DNA from: Candidatus Bathyarchaeota archaeon
GTDB taxonomy: Archaea > Thermoproteota > Bathyarchaeia > Hecatellales > Hecatellaceae
DNA length: 64,000 nucleotides
Direction of reading: 5' to 3'
NCBI GenBank assembly: GCA_052246995.1
Contig: JBQPWD010000005.1
Location: forward strand, 1 to 64,000
Positions 58,102-64,000 of the stretch are shown in pieces; the first letter of the stretch is position 1; every line of letters starts with the position of its first letter. The notes below the pieces were generated by a model. The model was not told the origin of the DNA. It did not search any database and worked only from the letters and a program-made list of their open reading frames with translations. The position numbers were made by a program, and so were the translations under genes.

Positions 58102-58782
58102 GTGGAAGGGATGGTTAATCAGGCTTTAATTGAAAAGGCAAGGGAGTTGCATGGCCACGTATGCCCCTTTGTGGTTTTGGGTTTAAGGGCTTCTGAAATT
58201 GCCATGAAAAAGCTTGGAGTAAGAAGGGTTGGGGGGATGGAAACCGTGGGTGAAGAGGTTTTGGCCATTATTGAGTGTAACAACTGTTTTGCTGACGGTG
58301 TTCAAGTGGCTACAGGTTGCACCCTTGGAAACAATTGCCTAATATACCTAGATGTTGGAAAAAACGCGTTAACGCTTGTCAAGAGAAGCGACTGGAAAGG
58401 TGTAAGAGTTTACGTTGACGGGGATAAACTTCGTGATAAATACTTTAAAAAAGAGACATTAAATCTTTTTGAAAAAGTTGTTGTAAAAAGAGAGGGAACA
58501 GCTGAAGACGTTGAAAAGCTACGGAAAATGTGGACAGAGATAGGCTATGTAATGAGCAACCTTCCTGAAGAAGAATTCAAAATTGAAGAGGTTTATGTGA
58601 AAGAAATTGAAAGGGCTCCAATTTTTGAAAGTGTTAGGTGTGAAAAATGTGGAGAACTAGCCATGAAAACTAGGGTTAAATTTGTTGATGGAAAGCCTGT
58701 ATGTCTAAGTTGCCATGGAGAATGTGAAGCCGTCATCGGGAGAGGTATAACACCAAACTTTAAGCTTCCATATGTCAGGTGA
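58102..58782 (+). CDS. FmdE family metal-binding protein with C-terminal zinc finger
   Basis: HGHVCP..LG, CFADGVQ..TGCTLG, CEKCGE...CLSC. Confidence 0.9.
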   Translation: MEGMVNQALIEKARELHGHVCPFVVLGLRASEIAMKKLGVRRVGGMETVGEEVLAIIECNNCFADGVQVATGCTLGNNCLIYLDVGKNALTLVKRSDWKGVRVYVDGDKLRDKYFKKETLNLFEKVVVKREGTAEDVEKLRKMWTEIGYVMSNLPEEEFKIEEVYVKEIERAPIFESVRCEKCGELAMKTRVKFVDGKPVCLSCHGECEAVIGRGITPNFKLPYVR

Positions 58783-59933
58783 AAAGCATGAAGAAAAAAG
58801 GTGTAACAAAAATTCAAGCAGCAGTCCTGATGATAATCATAGCTGTTGCAGTTGTAGGAGCATATTTAACGTTTAATTTTCACTCACCACCTGAACAAAA
58901 AACATCGTCAAAAAATTATGTCGTGGATGTTTTAGGGAGAAATGTTACACTTCCCGAGAAAGTTACTCGTGTGGTAGCCATCGGCCCTGGAATGCTTAGA
59001 CTGGTTTGCTACTTAAACGCTTACAACCTACTTGTCGGTGTTGAGGAAAGTGAGGTAAAATGGGGCTTTACAGGTAGAGACTATGCTATGGCTTTAGGCC
59101 AAAAACTTGAAAATCTTCCCATAATAGGTCCAGGAGGACCAGGTAAACCTCCAACACCAGAGTTAATTTTAACCGTAAAGCCAGACCTCATAATAATGTC
59201 ACGTACATACGCAGAAATGTACAATCCAGATAGGCTGCAAAGTGAAACAAACTCTACTGTTATTGTTATGGATTATGGTCCAGCTGGACAATTAGACGTT
59301 AAAGGGTTTGCTAACGCCTTAAGGATTTTAGGGCAAGCTTTAAACAGGGAGGAGAGAGCTGAAGAACTAATCAGCTTTGTAAACAACCTATGTAAAGATT
59401 TAGAAGCTAGAACCAGAGAAGCTTCTCCACGGCCCAAGGTTTATGTTGGCGCAGTATCCTACAAAGGTCCTCAACCGTTCACCACCACCCAAACACCCTT
59501 CCCGCCTCTCACCCTCCTTTACACTTCCTCCATCGCTGACAAATACTCAAACCAAACAGGTGTCTTCTTTTGGGATTTTGAAGCTATACTCCAAGAACAG
59601 CCTAACATAGTGTTTATCGACGAAGGAAACTTAAACACAGTAAAACAAGACTTTGACAAAGATCCATCAAAATACTTGCAGTTAAACGCCTTCAAAAACG
59701 GCCAAGTTTACGGTACACTTCCCTACAACTACTACCACACAAATATTGCGGTAGCTTTAGCTGACGCATACTACATTGGTAAGGCATTGTATCCAGACAA
59801 ATTCGTCGACATAGACCCGGAAAAGAAAGCTGATGAAATATTCAACGCTTTCCTTGGTAAACCACTTTACCAGTCTTATAAAGAGGCTTATGGTGGTTTT
59901 AAGAACCTCTCCGAATTCTTCACGGTGCCATAG
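58779..59933 (+). CDS. Metal-chelate ABC transporter substrate-binding protein (FhuD/BtuF class)
   Basis: D.LGR.V..P..V.RVVA, E.I..KPDLII, L.A.KNG.VY; class III-like leader KKG|VTKIQ. Confidence 0.88.
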   Translation: MKSMKKKGVTKIQAAVLMIIIAVAVVGAYLTFNFHSPPEQKTSSKNYVVDVLGRNVTLPEKVTRVVAIGPGMLRLVCYLNAYNLLVGVEESEVKWGFTGRDYAMALGQKLENLPIIGPGGPGKPPTPELILTVKPDLIIMSRTYAEMYNPDRLQSETNSTVIVMDYGPAGQLDVKGFANALRILGQALNREERAEELISFVNNLCKDLEARTREASPRPKVYVGAVSYKGPQPFTTTQTPFPPLTLLYTSSIADKYSNQTGVFFWDFEAILQEQPNIVFIDEGNLNTVKQDFDKDPSKYLQLNAFKNGQVYGTLPYNYYHTNIAVALADAYYIGKALYPDKFVDIDPEKKADEIFNAFLGKPLYQSYKEAYGGFKNLSEFFTVP

Positions 59934-59935
59934 CT

Positions 59936-60985
59936 TTGGCTACATCAAGCTCAAAAAGGAAGAAGCAGCTAGCCTTAACTACCCTAATTTTTTTAACCCT
60001 TTTTCTAATTCCTGTTTCCGTGGCTTCAGGATGGTATAAAGCCTCGCTTTTAGACATTGTTCGGGTTTTGTTTATACCTGACAACAGCACCTTATCAACA
60101 GTTGTTTGGGATTTAAGGCTTAGACGTGTTTTAGCTGCATGTGTTGTAGGTGCAATACTAGGCGGATCAGGTGCTGCAATACAAGCCTCTATGAGAAACC
60201 CCTTGGCTTCTCCGTTCACCTTTGGGCTTTCCTTTGCAGCCTCTTTAGGTGTTGCAACAGCCCTTCTAGTTCTTCATGGAGGGGAAATTCAAAGGTTTCA
60301 AATACTGGTTTACAACCCGTTTGTTGTTTCCATGTTTGCGTTTATCTTCTCCCTCATCCAGGTTATGGTTATCCTTATCCTCGCATACAAGGCCGGGTTA
60401 AGTTCAGGAGCTCTTGTTCTTTCAGCCATCGCTGTTTCCTTTGCATACCAAGCTATCCTTTACTTGTTACAGTACCTCTACCTAAACGAGGTGCTTGTTT
60501 CAACAGTTGTTTTCTGGACTTTCGGCGATTTGGGAAGAATTGCGTGGATTGAGTTTAACCTTGTAACCATAGTATCCTTGACAATTGTTATTCCCTACTT
60601 CTTGTTAAGAAGCTTGGATTACGACTTAATTTTAAGCGGAGACGAGTTGGCGAAATCTGCCGGTGTAAACCCACAGAAAATTAGGTTTGAAACAACGGTA
60701 ATAGCGGCGTTGGCAACAGCCCTTGCCACATCCTTTGTAGGCGTTATAGGGTTTGTTTGCCTTATTGCACCTCACGCTTCTCGGCTAATTTTTGGAGGAG
60801 GCCATAGATATTTAATGCCTGCCTCCATGGTTATGGGTTCGTTAATCCTACTCCTTTCAGATACTGTTGGTAGAACCATTATAGCTCCTACAATAATTCC
60901 AGTTGGGATAATGACTTCACTTGTCGGTGTTCCACTGCTTGTTTACCTTCTTCTTAAAGGTGGGAGACATGGTTATAGAGATTAA
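59936..60985 (+). CDS. FecCD/BtuC family ABC permease
   Basis: RL.R, RNPLASPFTFG, A.S.GV, G.IGFV.L.APH. Confidence 0.93.
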   Translation: MATSSSKRKKQLALTTLIFLTLFLIPVSVASGWYKASLLDIVRVLFIPDNSTLSTVVWDLRLRRVLAACVVGAILGGSGAAIQASMRNPLASPFTFGLSFAASLGVATALLVLHGGEIQRFQILVYNPFVVSMFAFIFSLIQVMVILILAYKAGLSSGALVLSAIAVSFAYQAILYLLQYLYLNEVLVSTVVFWTFGDLGRIAWIEFNLVTIVSLTIVIPYFLLRSLDYDLILSGDELAKSAGVNPQKIRFETTVIAALATALATSFVGVIGFVCLIAPHASRLIFGGGHRYLMPASMVMGSLILLLSDTVGRTIIAPTIIPVGIMTSLVGVPLLVYLLLKGGRHGYRD

Positions 60986-61748
60986 TGTTAAAGATGTAAA
61001 GGTTTATTATCAAAGTGTTAAGGCTTTAGATGGTGTATCATTAAACGTGTGTGCTGGCGAAATACTTTCTGTCATAGGGCCTAACGGTGCAGGTAAAAGC
61101 ACGCTTTTAAAGGTTATTAACGGGGTTTTGAAGCCGCAAATGGGTGTAATATACATTGACAAAAAACCTTTAAACGAAATTCCTAGAAGAGAAGTTGCAC
61201 GTAAAACCGGGGTTGTTCCGCAGAGAATTCACAATTCAGGAATGTTGTCTGTCTACGATTTTGTGATGACTGGTAGAAGACCCTACATAGAGTTTACCAC
61301 CTCAAGAGCTGATGAGGAGAAGGTTTACGAGGCTTTAAAAACAGTTGACGCCGTTAACCTTGCAGAAAGAAGCTTGGAAGAGCTCAGCGGGGGTGAGCTT
61401 CAACGGGTTATAATTGCAAGAGCTTTAGCCGGAGAACCTGAAGTAATGCTTCTAGATGAGCCGACAAGCAGCCTAGACCTTAAACATCAGCTGGAAACCT
61501 TAAACCTGATAAAGTCGTTACGTTCAAAAGGCTTAGCCATAATTATGGCTATACATGACCTTACCCAAGCATACAGGGTGTCTGATAAGGTTTTACTGTT
61601 AAACGGCGGGAAGGTTTTCGCGGCTGGAAAGCCTGACGACGTGCTTAACCCAAAAACCCTTTTTGAAGTTTACAAGGTTCCGATAATTATAATCAATGAG
61701 TATAAGGTTGTTGTCCCCATCGAGGTTTTTAAGGAGCTTTCACTCTGA
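60969..61748 (+). CDS. FecE/BtuD family ABC ATPase
   Basis: GPNGAGKS, LSGGELQR, LLDEPTSSLD, IHDL; start moved to MVIEI. Confidence 0.93.
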   Translation: MVIEINVKDVKVYYQSVKALDGVSLNVCAGEILSVIGPNGAGKSTLLKVINGVLKPQMGVIYIDKKPLNEIPRREVARKTGVVPQRIHNSGMLSVYDFVMTGRRPYIEFTTSRADEEKVYEALKTVDAVNLAERSLEELSGGELQRVIIARALAGEPEVMLLDEPTSSLDLKHQLETLNLIKSLRSKGLAIIMAIHDLTQAYRVSDKVLLLNGGKVFAAGKPDDVLNPKTLFEVYKVPIIIINEYKVVVPIEVFKELSL

Positions 61749-61898
61749 ATTTTGTGGGGACAATTAACACCTCTTTTCTGATTTCTTCTTAACCGGCTTT
61801 TTCATCTCGCCAATAAAGGTTGTAATCTAGCTGGACTAACTACTTATTTAGATGACTGTTAATTTACTTTATATCTTAACTTATCTGGTGATGAAAAC

Positions 61899-62150
61899 AT
61901 GATGTTTAAAGCTAATGTGGAGGTTAAGCTTAAACCTGGCTTTTTTGACCCTGAAGGTGAAGCTGCCAAAGAAGCCTTAAACGACCTTGGTTATCAAGTA
62001 TACAACGTAAGAGTTAGTAAGCTTTATTCAATAGAGTTTAAGGCTTCTTCGCTTGAAGATGCCAAAAAACTTGTAGATGAGATGTGTAGAAGGTTGCTGA
62101 CCAATCCAACAAAAGACCTTTACAAGGTGGAGGTGCAACCATCTGACTAA
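61899..62150 (+). CDS. purS: Phosphoribosylformylglycinamidine synthase subunit PurS
   Basis: V.LKPG..DPEG, MC.RLL.NP. Confidence 0.95.
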   Translation: MMFKANVEVKLKPGFFDPEGEAAKEALNDLGYQVYNVRVSKLYSIEFKASSLEDAKKLVDEMCRRLLTNPTKDLYKVEVQPSD

Positions 62151-64000
62151 CCCCTATAAAAAGTTGAGTCTTCCATTTGATGTTTACGAGGTTAACATCT
62201 TAGAGGCAGACGATAACATGCTTATGAGGATAAGTGTTGAAACAGGGATTGGGTTAAGCTTAAAAGAGATGAAGGCTGTTAAGGCTTACTTTCAAAAAGA
62301 GAAAAAAAACCCTACAGATGTAGAAATTCAAACCATAGGTCAAACATGGTCTGAACATTGTTACCATAAAACGTTTAAAGGTATAGTTAAGACAAACGAT
62401 GGAAGAATTGTAGACAACATGTTTAAAACGTACATAGCATCAGTTGTCAAGGAGTTAAAACCAGAATGGTGTATTTCAGTTTTTGAGGACAACGCAGGAA
62501 TAGTAGATTTCTCCGACGGCTACGCCATAGCTGTTAAAGTTGAAACCCACAACCACCCTTCAGCCATAGAACCATTTGGAGGTGCTTCAACAGGCATAGG
62601 CGGTATAATAAGAGATATACTTGGAGTTTGGGCTGACCCGATAGCCAACACCGATGTTCTATGTTTTGGCCCTCTTAACTACGACTACTCAAAGCTTCCC
62701 CCAGGTGTTAAACATCCAAAATATCTTTTTAAAGGAGTTGTGGCGGGAATAGGACATTACGGCAACAACATGGGTATCCCAACAGTTAACGGAGCAATAT
62801 ACTTTGACGAAGGCTACGTTGGCAACGTGGTTGTTTACTGTGGTTGTGTAGGCATTCTACCCAAAAACAAGTATTTTAGGAAAGTTAAACCTGGCGACTC
62901 AATAATCATAGCTGGAGGAAAAACTGGGAGAGATGGAATTCATGGTGTAACATTTGCATCAGCCGAGTTGACGGAGGAGTCGGAGGAAACTTCAAGGTCA
63001 GCTGTTCAGATACCCAACCCAATTGAAGAGGAAAAGCTAAAAAGAGCAATAATAAGGATAAGAGATGAAGAACTCGGTTCAGGGATAACAGACCTAGGTG
63101 GAGGCGGGCTTTCAAGTTCTACAGGAGAAATGGCCAACAAGTATAATTGTGGTGTAGTTGTTGAGTTGTCAAAAGTAAAACTAAAAGACCCTGACATGAA
63201 ACCATGGGAAATATGGGTTTCAGAATCTCAAGAAAGAATGTTCATAGCCTCCCCACAAGAAAACGTTAAAAGGATAATTGAAATATTCGAGGAAGAAGAT
63301 GTGGAGGCTGTAGAAATAGGCAGATTTACAGATGACCGTAGACTTAAAGTTTTGTATAAAGGTTATGTTGTAGCAGACTTATCACTAGACTTCCTTTTCA
63401 ACCCGCCACGGGTAACATGGATAGCCAATGTTGAAAACAACTTGGAACGTGAAGTTGAATTTGAAAAACCTAAAAACTTAGATGAAGTTTTGCTTAAACT
63501 CTTAAAGTCACCTAACATCGCCAGTAAAGAGGCTGTAATAAGAACCTACGACCATGAAGTTAAGGGAATGACAGCCATAAAGCCTCTTCAAGGTTGGAGA
63601 GCAGGCCCTAACGATGCAGCTGTCCTAAAACCCTTACCCTCCTCCTGGACAGGTGTAGTTGTATCATGTGGTATAAAGCCAAGCTATGGGAAGATAAACA
63701 CATACCATATGGCGGCTTCAAGCATCGACGAAGCCATAAGAAACAACATATGCGTGGGAGGGAGAAGATGGGCATTACTGGACAACTTTACCTGGGGAAG
63801 TCCAGAAAAACCTGATAGAATGGGTAGTTTGCTAAAGGCAGTTGAAGCCTGCTACCATACAGCCAAACTTCTCGGAAGCCCTTTTATATCAGGTAAAGAC
63901 AGCTTGTACAACGAGTCTCCTCTTGGACCTGTAACGCCAACCCTGCTTATAACAGCCATCGGCATAATACCAGATGTGAGAAAAGCAATAACAATGGAGT
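62143..64000 (+). CDS. purL: Phosphoribosylformylglycinamidine synthase subunit PurL (partial, runs off window)
   Basis: Hand translation: NPTDVE..QTWSEHCYHKTF, DNAG, KVETHNHPSAIEPFGG, SESQERM, YDHEV; start CTG 62143 (after GGAGGTG) or TTG 62164. Confidence 0.95.
   Translation, partial: MTNPYKKLSLPFDVYEVNILEADDNMLMRISVETGIGLSLKEMKAVKAYFQKEKKNPTDVEIQTIGQTWSEHCYHKTFKGIVKTNDGRIVDNMFKTYIASVVKELKPEWCISVFEDNAGIVDFSDGYAIAVKVETHNHPSAIEPFGGASTGIGGIIRDILGVWADPIANTDVLCFGPLNYDYSKLPPGVKHPKYLFKGVVAGIGHYGNNMGIPTVNGAIYFDEGYVGNVVVYCGCVGILPKNKYFRKVKPGDSIIIAGGKTGRDGIHGVTFASAELTEESEETSRSAVQIPNPIEEEKLKRAIIRIRDEELGSGITDLGGGGLSSSTGEMANKYNCGVVVELSKVKLKDPDMKPWEIWVSESQERMFIASPQENVKRIIEIFEEEDVEAVEIGRFTDDRRLKVLYKGYVVADLSLDFLFNPPRVTWIANVENNLEREVEFEKPKNLDEVLLKLLKSPNIASKEAVIRTYDHEVKGMTAIKPLQGWRAGPNDAAVLKPLPSSWTGVVVSCGIKPSYGKINTYHMAASSIDEAIRNNICVGGRRWALLDNFTWGSPEKPDRMGSLLKAVEACYHTAKLLGSPFISGKDSLYNESPLGPVTPTLLITAIGIIPDVRKAITME

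Noticed and set aside
567-63197. Numerous antisense or nested ORFs in the ORF track (for example 10177..10551, 29188..29580, 51388..51816, 60139..60552)
   Set aside because: They are shadows of well-supported genes on the other strand or frame and have no recognisable motifs

Overview
AT-rich archaeal chromosome window. The gene content (ABCE1, THUMP, PAC2, KaiC-like ATPase, class III signal peptides, NosD-repeat surface protein) points to a TACK archaeon, most plausibly Bathyarchaeia; this is an inference. The left part (1-30.3 kb) is host DNA: a NEW3-domain/ABC-2 cassette with an HTH regulator, a complete trpEGDCFBA operon, a PLP enzyme, ABCE1, tsaC, HEPN-MNT, hisHF and other housekeeping genes. 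The centre (about 30.3-50.4 kb) is a ~20 kb cluster of head-tail (HK97-type, siphovirus-like) genes, all on the minus strand: terminase, portal, protease, capsid, neck, tail tube, chaperones, a short tape measure and two tail-tip proteins. It lies between a solitary type IV pilin gene and tRNA-Leu(CAG). I found no integrase, replication gene or att duplication around it. Its structural genes look intact, while its RNase HI is frameshifted. It is therefore a candidate gene-transfer-agent-like or domesticated element, though a deleted cryptic provirus cannot be excluded. It carries unannotated cis signals: a ~66-bp inverted-repeat pair with palindromic cores before terL, a K-turn-containing structured leader before the capsid gene, a +1 TTT-CGG frameshift site and a perfect 26-bp palindrome. 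The right part holds a PIN relic, a 1065-aa surface protein, a KaiC-like module, a dead relE, an FmdE/metal ABC operon with a NikR-type operator, purS and a partial purL. No CRISPR array or rRNA was seen. All family calls come from reading motifs by eye, not from database searches.
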